Shown: positions 56,642 to 64,000 of the stretch, one piece after another
How the letters are laid out: each line of letters opens with the position of its first letter
Numbering within the stretch: position 1 is the stretch's first letter
Assembly: GCA_016839945.1 (NCBI GenBank)
Contig: JAEOTE010000027.1
Coordinates: 9,015 to 73,014 of the forward strand
DNA: 64,000 nt
Direction of reading: 5' to 3'
Origin: Candidatus Heimdallarchaeota archaeon
GTDB taxonomy: Archaea; Asgardarchaeota; Heimdallarchaeia; Heimdallarchaeales; Heimdallarchaeaceae
Notes under the pieces: model-generated
What the model was told of the DNA's origin: nothing
The model's input: only the letters and a program-made list of their open reading frames with translations
Database searches by the model: none
Made by a program: the position numbers and the translations under genes

Positions 56642-58666
56642 ATGAGTCTGTTTCCACAGCCAATGTTAGAAACAACAATTATAACCCCTATTGAAGATTT
56701 TCCTAGGGTTGTTGTTAATTTAGCGGAAACAGAAAAATTTATGCCAAAAGAAATAACTTCTATTGAAGAAGTGGAAGAATTCTACCATTCTTCTAAACTA
56801 GATAGTATTAGACAAATTGAAGCATCATATAATGATTTATTTAAACTAATGCCAGAACCCAAGGAGAAACTTGGTCTTAAGATATCAAGGGCGTTTAAAA
56901 AACAACCCTTAATCGAACCTATTTTTACAAAATGGGAGGATATAGAAAAAATAGAAAACAAAATCAGAGATGAGATTAATAACCTTAAACTTCGATTAAA
57001 GGAGTTAAGAGAACAATTCACCTCAAAAGAAGAGAAGTTCGAATTAAATGAGCTATTAGTAAAAGGATATAGATTATTGGATACAGAACAACCTTATGAG
57101 GTAGGAGCAAACGAAAGAACACTGATAGGGATACTTACAACATCTAAAATTGAGGATGCTGAGGAATTTATTAAGGAAGTTGAAAAAAGTGAAGTGATTC
57201 CTCTTATTCAGAACAAATTTATGATCTTTGCTCAAGATAAAAAAGGATCCATTTCAAAACTCATCAAGAGTCTTTCTACAGTAAGATGGTTCGAACATGA
57301 ATATAAAGGACCTATTCATTTGAATAAAATTGAACTAAGCGACGAAATCGAAAAGGCTTCTAAGCTTTTGCAAGAAGAGATAAAAGGTCTTGATAATGAA
57401 ATAAACGAGTTTGCAATAAACAATAAGGAAAGAATTTTAGCTCTAAAACTATCTATTGATAGTTATAGTCATTTCCTTCGGATTTATGTTTCAGCAAAAA
57501 AAACTAAGAAAACGATAATTTTCCAAGGATGGGTTGCACAAAAAAGCAAAAAGATTATACTTAAACAATTAACTAAACTTAAAGAAACAATTTGCATTTT
57601 TAATGAACCAGAAGAAGAAATGAAGAATATTCCTGTTGTATCATCAAGAAATCCAATTACTAGAGCTTTTCAATCAATAGTTGGATTGTATGGATTACCT
57701 TCCTCCAAAGAGGTTGATCCTACTATCTTCTTTATATTCACTTTTAGTATATTTTTTGGAATTATGTTTGGAGATGCTGGCCATGGTTTAATTCTAATGG
57801 TCTTAGGATTGCTTGGAATACTTGCTAGAGGATTGAAGAGAAATGTTCGTCAGATGTTTGTTTTAGTTTTCGCAGTTGGTTTCTCTTCCTTCATTTTTGG
57901 AGCATTTATTTTTGGAGAAGCATTTGGTTTTCATCTCGATGAAATGCTAGGGATTCATTCATTATTTGGTCTTGAATATCCAATTTTAAGTCCAATTCAT
58001 AAGTTGACAGAAGTATTCAATATTACTCTACTTATAGGTTCAATTCACATAGTTTTAGGCTTAATTTTAAGGATGGTGAATCAGATAAGGCATAAAGAAT
58101 ATGAGGAATTATTAAAAGAAACATGGGCTCAAATATTCTTGTATGCTGCAATTTTATATTTTTTGAGTTCTTTAGGCATTATTGATTTTGGAATTGATCC
58201 AAGCAATATTGCAATAGTTGGTCTTGTTTCAGTATCGATAGGGGTAGGTTTGGCTTTATTCGGTCAAGGAATAGCAAGTATCTTCCTAAAAGAGAAAGGT
58301 AAAGACATTCTGAGGAGTTTCTTAGGAGGGATAGGGAACGGATTGTTGAATCTATTAGAATCATTTAGTACTTTTATTAGTAATACCATATCTTATGGAA
58401 GAATGCTTGCTATGTTAGTCGCTCATGTAGTTTTTCTAAGTGTCATTAATGAATTAGCTGCAATGTCAGGTTTTATTGTATGGCAAATTCTTATTTTGAT
58501 AATAGGCAATATTTTTGTGTTAATTTTGGAGGGGTTGCTCGTGTTTGTTCAAACTTTAAGATTACATTTCTATGAATTTTTCAGTAAATTCTATGAGGGA
58601 AGTGGAATACAACACAAACCAATCTTCGTTTTCAATAAAAAAATGGATTTGAGTAAATATGGTTGA
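56642..58666 (+). CDS. atpI: A-type ATP synthase subunit I (a-subunit homologue)
   Basis: About 330 aa soluble coiled N-half, then about 7 TM helices, with 'ISYGRMLAMLVAH' (conserved Arg) and 'LRLHFYEFFSKFYEG'. Confidence 0.9.
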   Translation: MSLFPQPMLETTIITPIEDFPRVVVNLAETEKFMPKEITSIEEVEEFYHSSKLDSIRQIEASYNDLFKLMPEPKEKLGLKISRAFKKQPLIEPIFTKWEDIEKIENKIRDEINNLKLRLKELREQFTSKEEKFELNELLVKGYRLLDTEQPYEVGANERTLIGILTTSKIEDAEEFIKEVEKSEVIPLIQNKFMIFAQDKKGSISKLIKSLSTVRWFEHEYKGPIHLNKIELSDEIEKASKLLQEEIKGLDNEINEFAINNKERILALKLSIDSYSHFLRIYVSAKKTKKTIIFQGWVAQKSKKIILKQLTKLKETICIFNEPEEEMKNIPVVSSRNPITRAFQSIVGLYGLPSSKEVDPTIFFIFTFSIFFGIMFGDAGHGLILMVLGLLGILARGLKRNVRQMFVLVFAVGFSSFIFGAFIFGEAFGFHLDEMLGIHSLFGLEYPILSPIHKLTEVFNITLLIGSIHIVLGLILRMVNQIRHKEYEELLKETWAQIFLYAAILYFLSSLGIIDFGIDPSNIAIVGLVSVSIGVGLALFGQGIASIFLKEKGKDILRSFLGGIGNGLLNLLESFSTFISNTISYGRMLAMLVAHVVFLSVINELAAMSGFIVWQILILIIGNIFVLILEGLLVFVQTLRLHFYEFFSKFYEGSGIQHKPIFVFNKKMDLSKYG

Positions 58667-59126
58667 TAGTCTACTACTAGGAATAATTGGAATAGCAGGA
58701 ACTATGATAACAATATTAGGTGCAGGAATACCTTTAGCGAAAGGTGTACAAGCAGCTGCAGCAGCGGTTGCTGAAAAACAAAAACTGAATATCTTCATTT
58801 TGATCTATCTAGCGCTTGCAGAAGCTTTAGCTATCTATGGTCTTCTCATAGCTTTTGTAATGTTCACGAAAATAAGTGGTCCTCTCCAAGGTACAGGAGA
58901 ATTCACTGTTATCCATGGATATATCTACATTGGAGCAATGTTTGTTATGGTTGTTTCCAATCTTGGTGCAGCAATTACACTCTCCAAGGGTGAACCTGCA
59001 GCAATTGGTTCAATAACAGCTAATTCAGAAGTTTTCACTCCCAACCTAATATATCTAGCACTTGGAGAGGCGTTAGCTATTTATGGATTACTTATAGCTT
59101 TTATACTTCTGAGCTTAGTTCCATAG
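58659..59126 (+). CDS. atpK: A-type ATP synthase proteolipid subunit K (c), internally duplicated 4-helix form
   Basis: Two hairpins, each ending in 'YLAL(A/G)EALAIYGLLIAF' with the carboxylate Glu. The start overlaps the atpI stop by 8 nt. Confidence 0.9.
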   Translation: MVDSLLLGIIGIAGTMITILGAGIPLAKGVQAAAAAVAEKQKLNIFILIYLALAEALAIYGLLIAFVMFTKISGPLQGTGEFTVIHGYIYIGAMFVMVVSNLGAAITLSKGEPAAIGSITANSEVFTPNLIYLALGEALAIYGLLIAFILLSLVP

Positions 59127-59134
59127 TTTAAAAA

Positions 59135-60190
59135 TTAAACCAAGTTAATTATTAGCTCCCTGGTTTTTTCTACGGGGAACTTATATTCTTTTAAATATAG
59201 TAATTTCGTTAAATCTTGGATTTGTGTTTCATAATTCTTTAAATAACAAAGTAAGCTTAAAATCCCAAAATCGTTATGAAATGCCTTAGTCATTAATTCT
59301 AGCTCATTTGCGTTTATCCCAATCTCAATGTGTAGAAACATTTTATCTTTTTCATAAAGTTCTATTCCTTTTGTTATTTTATCTAGGGATAACGTTTTGA
59401 GAATTTCCAAATCCGATCTTAAATCACGAGCTTCCATCATTTTTTTTATTTGGATTTTGTATGGAAATTCTTCAGGAATAGGTAAAAGTTGAAGAGCTTC
59501 ATTAACATCAACTTCAACAAAATCTGCTTTTAAAATCACTAGTAGTAAGTTCTTCAAAAGCTCTTGCTTTACAAAAAAAAGTGCACCTTCTCTTTGATTT
59601 TTTTTCAATTTTCCAGCTTTATCAAGCATTTGTTTAAGATAAAAACTTTCAATAGCAAATTCAAATGGCCAAATATCACCAACTTTGCTATAAAGCTGTT
59701 CTGCAACTTCTATTTCTTTTTGGTATTCAGATTCTTTTAATGTCTCAACAAGTGCTGCTAAATCCTCACTCTGAAGGAGTCGGGCTATAAAAGAGGTTCT
59801 TCCCAACAACTCTTGTCCCCGAAGATTAATGACTTCTTTTAAATCTATTTCAGCTCTAGAATATAGATAACGTATTAATCGTTGGATATTAAGAGTTTCA
59901 AACTTTGTTGTATAAGATTCTAAGAATTCTTTTCCCCATTTAGGGGAATTTCGCAGAATGAAAATATATTGGTCTATTAGTTTTGATGTCAGAAGTTTTT
60001 CTATTTCATGGGATTTGTAGGATGGATGATCTTTTAATTTCTCACCGATGTCTATTACTTTCAGTTCATTGATGAAATCTTCATAAGGTTTATTTATTAA
60101 GTTGTCCCAGTCTTCTTTAGTTAGAAGCTTCGCATATTGTCCCCTAATATAACTCGTTAATAAAGCTATATCTGGTGAAATATTTGACAT
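59135..60190 (-). CDS. atpC: A-type ATP synthase subunit C (eukaryotic d homologue)
   Basis: About 351 aa and all-helical. 'LTSYIRGQYAKLLTKEDWDNLI' N-terminus and the tripartite helical repeat are typical of AtpC. ATG at 60190. Confidence 0.8.
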   Translation of the reverse strand: MSNISPDIALLTSYIRGQYAKLLTKEDWDNLINKPYEDFINELKVIDIGEKLKDHPSYKSHEIEKLLTSKLIDQYIFILRNSPKWGKEFLESYTTKFETLNIQRLIRYLYSRAEIDLKEVINLRGQELLGRTSFIARLLQSEDLAALVETLKESEYQKEIEVAEQLYSKVGDIWPFEFAIESFYLKQMLDKAGKLKKNQREGALFFVKQELLKNLLLVILKADFVEVDVNEALQLLPIPEEFPYKIQIKKMMEARDLRSDLEILKTLSLDKITKGIELYEKDKMFLHIEIGINANELELMTKAFHNDFGILSLLCYLKNYETQIQDLTKLLYLKEYKFPVEKTRELIINLV

Positions 60191-60510
60191 CAAAAGAACA
60201 AGAGATAATTGAACAAATAAAGCTTGCTGAACAACAAGCAGAAAAACGCATTAAAGACTCCAAAAATGAAGCACATTTCCTGCTTGAAAAGGCTCAAAGC
60301 GATAGAATCAGAAGATTTGAGAGTGCAAAAAGTGATGCAAGAGAAATTCTCAAGAAAAAAATTGAGGAAGCTAAAGATACATCACAATATGAGCACTTAA
60401 TCCAAGAAGCTGAAACTAATGCTAATCTTTTGAGAGAAAAAACTAAGAACAAGATCGAGAAAGTTGCTAAAGAGATTACAGATTATATACTTGAAATTGG
60501 TAAGAGGTAA
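60175..60510 (+). CDS. atpH: A-type ATP synthase subunit H (peripheral stalk, eukaryotic G homologue)
   Basis: 111-aa charged single-helix protein with 'IIEQIKLAEQQAEKRIKDSKNEAHFLLEKAQ'. Only non-ATG starts are available (GTG 60175 or TTG 60184). Confidence 0.7.
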   Translation: MKYLTSKEQEIIEQIKLAEQQAEKRIKDSKNEAHFLLEKAQSDRIRRFESAKSDAREILKKKIEEAKDTSQYEHLIQEAETNANLLREKTKNKIEKVAKEITDYILEIGKR

Positions 60511-60512
60511 AA

Positions 60513-61265
60513 TTATTCTTCTTCTACAAAATCCAATTCCTCAAATTCAAGATCATCAAATTCTGTCTCATCAAACTCTATTTCTTCTAACTGATCTTCC
60601 TTTTGTGCATCTTCTTTAAGATCTTCTATGTGATCTAAAATCATATCATGAAGTTCTGAAAATTCATCTGCAATGAAAAGTGTATCCAATTCACCCTCAT
60701 CCGAGTATCCCCAAGCAACTCCAAAACAAGAAATCTTTAACATTTCAGCAACAATCACATCATTTGGAAGATCACCTATTAGAACACTTCTGGAGATTGA
60801 ATCAGCATCAAAGTTATCTGTTATAAGAGCTAATTTATCCTCACCAGATAGAGTCATATCGAAGGGATTGCTTTTCCCAAAGAGTTTTTTCAAAACTTTG
60901 TCAGAGTATTCTTTGTTCGCCATTGTAGGATTCTGTGTAACAATTACCAAAATTAAATTATCTATTTTCCTTATCTTCTCTAATGTTTCTTTCGCTTGAG
61001 GAACTAATTGTATTTTCTCGAGAAATATTTCTTCTTGAAGTTTTTGCAATTTCCTCTTGTTTAAAAGGAGTTTTATTGGATTTACAGGATACTTAAAGAA
61101 CATGTCCATACTCATTCTTTTCCTTGAAGCATCTTTGTACATCTGAATAATTTGTATTTTTGAGAATTCTTTACCAAAAGCTTTTTTGAAAACAGCTTGT
61201 GTAATAGTTATTGTGTCTACAACAGTCCCACCAAAATCAAAAAAAATAGGGATTGATTTTTCCAT
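60513..61265 (-). CDS. HAD-superfamily hydrolase-like protein with acidic C-terminal tail
   Basis: Motif I region 'IFFDFGGTVVDT', motif II 'VIVTQN', and motif III/IV 'K...VLIGDLPNDV'. The tail is 'EEIEFDETEFDDLEFEELDFVEEE'. Confidence 0.65.
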   Translation of the reverse strand: MEKSIPIFFDFGGTVVDTITITQAVFKKAFGKEFSKIQIIQMYKDASRKRMSMDMFFKYPVNPIKLLLNKRKLQKLQEEIFLEKIQLVPQAKETLEKIRKIDNLILVIVTQNPTMANKEYSDKVLKKLFGKSNPFDMTLSGEDKLALITDNFDADSISRSVLIGDLPNDVIVAEMLKISCFGVAWGYSDEGELDTLFIADEFSELHDMILDHIEDLKEDAQKEDQLEEIEFDETEFDDLEFEELDFVEEE

Positions 61266-61338
61266 TTCATCACTTCATCTACATAGTTATGCATAAAAAA
61301 AAGAAAGAGGTTTTAATTTGTTGCTATGAAAGCTAATT

Positions 61339-62307
61339 TCATCTTCTTCTTCGTCTTCGAGTTTCTCTGTATCTGGTCTTTAATCCTAGTTGCAATGTTC
61401 TTGCTGCAAAAACAAGACCTGCAATTGCTGCAAAAATACCAAAATAGAAGAAAATTTGTTGAACTGCTAGGTATATTCCGGCTAATCCAATAGCACCAAA
61501 TAAGAAAGATAACACACCTACTTGTATCCAATAAGATGTTTCTCTTGGTATTTGGGTTATTACTGTTCGACCAGTTGCACCATCAAGTATAGCAGTTTGC
61601 TTTTTACCTGAAAATTCGAATTCTAGAAAATAGAAGGGTATATGCAATAGATAGACACCTTTTACTTCAGGTTGATCTCTAACTTCTTGGATTTGGGCTA
61701 ATTCTTTAAGCATCAAACCTTTATGTATTTCTCTCATTGAATTTATTGCTTCTGCTTTTGCTTGTTCAAGATCAAAAACACTTGGAGACACATCTGCTCT
61801 TACTTTTTCAGCTTCAAGTGCTTGGAAATATACTTTTCCTCTAGTTGAGATCTCAAAATTGAGAAGTTCATTATTTATTTCTTCAGCTGCATAAATGATA
61901 AATTCTCTTTCATCATCAAAGACTCCTTGTTCAGGTTTTGGATGAAAATCTATGTTTCTGTAACCAGATTTATAACGGAAGCTATAAGTTGCATATTCAC
62001 CTACACCTGAATATTCTGTACGAAGATGAACTGTAACTATGAAGTAAGGTATAAACTTCAAGTCTAGTTTTGATATTTTAAGTGATTTATGCAGATCTTC
62101 TGGTGTTCCTGGATGCTTGAGGATATCTCCTACAAGCTCTGTTCTGATTTGTTCCGCATCATACATCACAGGTAACATATAATGTTCAATTAATTCTTTG
62201 ACTTTCTTCAATTCACTTGTAACACTGCAATATGGACATGTAACATGAGTCTGAGTGTCTTCCATTTCAAGTGGAGCTGCACAATTTGGGCACATTATAC
62301 TTTTCAT
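61339..62307 (-). CDS. Zinc-ribbon protein with two C-terminal TM helices and poly-Arg tail (paralogue B)
   Basis: 'CPNCAAPLE...CPYCS' and C-terminal 'YWIQVGVLSFLFGAIGLAGIYLAV...FGIFAAIAGLVFAA', then 'RRRRRR'. The ATG at 62307 has a GGAGGT SD with a 7-nt spacer. Confidence 0.6.
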   Translation of the reverse strand: MKSIMCPNCAAPLEMEDTQTHVTCPYCSVTSELKKVKELIEHYMLPVMYDAEQIRTELVGDILKHPGTPEDLHKSLKISKLDLKFIPYFIVTVHLRTEYSGVGEYATYSFRYKSGYRNIDFHPKPEQGVFDDEREFIIYAAEEINNELLNFEISTRGKVYFQALEAEKVRADVSPSVFDLEQAKAEAINSMREIHKGLMLKELAQIQEVRDQPEVKGVYLLHIPFYFLEFEFSGKKQTAILDGATGRTVITQIPRETSYWIQVGVLSFLFGAIGLAGIYLAVQQIFFYFGIFAAIAGLVFAARTLQLGLKTRYRETRRRRRR

Positions 62308-62311
62308 TTTT

Positions 62312-63298
62312 TTAACCTCCATGTACACTCATAGGCTTAAACGTATTCTTCAGCGTAAAGAACCCTATAACAGCAGCTACAATTCCAGCAATTATTGGTA
62401 CGGCTACTTGATCACCGAAGAAATAGCTTACGGCTCCTCCACCACCTAGGAAGAGGAATGATAGCGTAAGGAAAATAACTCTGAATCTTGTTGTAACAGG
62501 AATTTCTCCTAAAATTACACTTCCAGTACTTCCAAGAATTGCTATTCTGTATGTTTCATCTTTAAAGATATATTCGACTTGCCAAACTGGAGCATGCACG
62601 AAGTATGTTCCAGTATATGATATTTGAGTAGCACAATCAAAGACTTTAGTACAAGCTTTTTCAGCTCGAGATCTGTGATCATCAAAAACTATTGTTTTGC
62701 CTAGTTGATTCGCAGCTTCTAAGGATATTTCTGAAGATAAATAATCAAATTCCTTTTCAGTACCTGTTAAACGATCATAATTAAAAGGCACTGCTCTTGA
62801 GAAAGTAGCTCTAACAAGATCCTTCACTTTGTCGTAACCGTAAATTGAGCTACCTCTTCTCCCAAGAAGAACGTCTACTCTTTTTTCATTGATTTCATTA
62901 TCAACAGGTCTATAAACCGTAACATGTTCAGTCACCGTTCTTCTGTTCTTTCCTGTACCAACTGTTCGAGTTTTTGTTTCAGAATACCTTAGATAACCTA
63001 CAAAATGAGTATATGCATCAGTATTAACACACCAAAACGGAGTTAAGATCGGACTTACTTTTGTTATTTTATAGCCTCTGATTCCTCGTAGATATCCTTT
63101 TTTTCTGATGAAATTCTTCACAATATCATGTACTTGTTTCTGATTGATTGTATTTTCGAGTATATAGTGGTTTTCGAATTTACTTCCATCTGATAAAACC
63201 GCTTGACCACAAGATACACAGTTGAAAATCTTGTCCTCTGGATTTATTTCCAGTGGAGAATTACAATAAGGACATTGAAATTTTGTTAATTCACTCAT
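62312..63298 (-). CDS. Zinc-ribbon protein with two C-terminal TM helices (paralogue A)
   Basis: 'CPYCNSPLE...CVSCG' and C-terminal 'FRVIFLTLSFLFLGGGGAVSYFF...IIAGIVAAVIGFFTL'. ATG at 63298 is preferred to the TTG at 63316. Confidence 0.6.
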   Translation of the reverse strand: MSELTKFQCPYCNSPLEINPEDKIFNCVSCGQAVLSDGSKFENHYILENTINQKQVHDIVKNFIRKKGYLRGIRGYKITKVSPILTPFWCVNTDAYTHFVGYLRYSETKTRTVGTGKNRRTVTEHVTVYRPVDNEINEKRVDVLLGRRGSSIYGYDKVKDLVRATFSRAVPFNYDRLTGTEKEFDYLSSEISLEAANQLGKTIVFDDHRSRAEKACTKVFDCATQISYTGTYFVHAPVWQVEYIFKDETYRIAILGSTGSVILGEIPVTTRFRVIFLTLSFLFLGGGGAVSYFFGDQVAVPIIAGIVAAVIGFFTLKNTFKPMSVHGG

Positions 63299-63380
63299 TA
63301 AAGATACAATATTCAAAGGGTAATATAAGATTTCGGCAACTGTCCATTGATTTCAGAGAGAAGTGATTGAAAGAGCTTGT

Positions 63381-64000
63381 TTATTTCTTTTTTTTCATTT
63401 TGTTGATATTAGTTGTAACAACATCAACTAGTTGTGTTAGTTTTTTGTATAATGGATCATCTTCAGGAAAAATATAATCTCCCTTGATTCCTAATTCCAT
63501 TATGGTTGAAGAAAGTGGAAGAGAATCTAGAAAATCAATTTTATCCGGTTTGTACATCTCTATTATCTCGTTTTTCCATGATTCTAATAGCTTTTGACTC
63601 TCAGCTTTGAGCTTTGGAGGAAGTTGATTAAAAACAAAAAAATTCAAAGAAGTCATTGCCAGTTTTTTGTAAATAGAACTTAGCATTTGTTTAGCACCAG
63701 CAAAACTAAATGTAGATGGTCTCATCACAAATATTCTAGCATCAGCAATAGCAGCTGCATTTACTGATTCCATTCTATAACCAGGAGCACAATCATACAC
63801 AATATATCTGAAACCTAATCTAAAGAGAAATTTTGTCATTTCATGCAAAGCAAAGAAAGAAAACTGTTGTATTCCTTCCAATAAAGATAACAATCCTTCG
63901 CCATATTCTACATTCTCCCTTGCAACAATCAAGTAAAGATTGGGATTATCAGTTTCAATGATTACATCCTCACTTACTTGTTTTTTACCTAAAAGAACGT
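63381..64000 (-). CDS. ParA/MinD-family P-loop ATPase, 5' end beyond the right window edge
   Basis: 'FRYIVYDCAPGYRMESVNAAAIADARIFVMRPSTFSFAGAKQML' is the ParA/MinD Walker B and partner region. The minus-strand frame stays open from 63932 to base 64000 (...VLLGKKQVSEDVIIETDNPNLYLIVARE...). Confidence 0.65.
   Translation of the reverse strand, partial: VLLGKKQVSEDVIIETDNPNLYLIVARENVEYGEGLLSLLEGIQQFSFFALHEMTKFLFRLGFRYIVYDCAPGYRMESVNAAAIADARIFVMRPSTFSFAGAKQMLSSIYKKLAMTSLNFFVFNQLPPKLKAESQKLLESWKNEIIEMYKPDKIDFLDSLPLSSTIMELGIKGDYIFPEDDPLYKKLTQLVDVVTTNINKMKKKK

Noticed and set aside
1-64000. I looked for rRNA, tRNA, CRISPR arrays, transposases, integrases and phage genes across the whole window.
   Set aside because: No GC-rich structured islands of tRNA or rRNA type appear in the short AT-rich spacers. 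There is no short direct-repeat/spacer periodicity and no recognisable recombinase motif. I cannot run tRNAscan or Infernal, so small ncRNAs cannot be excluded.

Overview
This is an AT-rich, gene-dense archaeal chromosomal segment with about 68 CDS. Spacers are short, GGTG/GGAGG Shine-Dalgarno motifs are frequent, and many adjacent genes have overlapping stop and start codons. All calls rest on motif and pattern recognition by eye; no database search was possible.

Archaeal origin is supported by four things:
- a complete A-type (A1Ao) ATP synthase gene set, laid out in a scrambled order: atpF(-) | atpA-atpB-atpD-usp-atpE-atpI-atpK(+) | atpC(-) | atpH(+)
- an archaeal-style peroxiredoxin
- AlaX
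- a DUF123 nuclease

Other recognisable content:
- adenine deaminase
- two DegV proteins
- four paralogous alpha/beta hydrolases whose nucleophile elbow reads GSCxG
- esterase, MBL hydrolase, M14 carboxypeptidase and a 7-bladed surface propeller
- WecB and TauE/SafE
- a TusA / SQR-like / TusA / DsrE / DsrE / wHTH sulfur-relay cluster
- two radical SAM enzymes, one of them SPASM-type
- a GNAT plus OSBS/NSAR-type enolase pair
- macrodomain, TPR proteins and a HAD hydrolase
- a ParA/MinD-like ATPase

I found no rRNA, tRNA, CRISPR array, transposase, integrase or prophage genes.

Several eukaryote-like signatures point, by inference only, to an Asgard (Loki-like) archaeon:
- a Ras/Rab-like small GTPase
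- three proteins with degenerate GTPase-like domains
- roadblock/longin-like domains
- a classical C2H2 finger
- a PCI-like winged helix

The most interesting candidates are:
1. The GTPase operon with two large unknown partners (36402-39459), together with the scattered pseudo-GTPase family at 17339, 21401 and 41616.
2. A SPASM radical SAM enzyme translationally coupled to a 61-aa YegP-like peptide (34740-36289).
3. The Cys-nucleophile hydrolase expansion, found next to a DegV gene at both loci.
4. A degenerate CofD-like / PCI-like / C2H2 fusion protein (43219-45798).
5. A MinD-like ATPase followed by two zinc-ribbon membrane paralogues (61339-64000).
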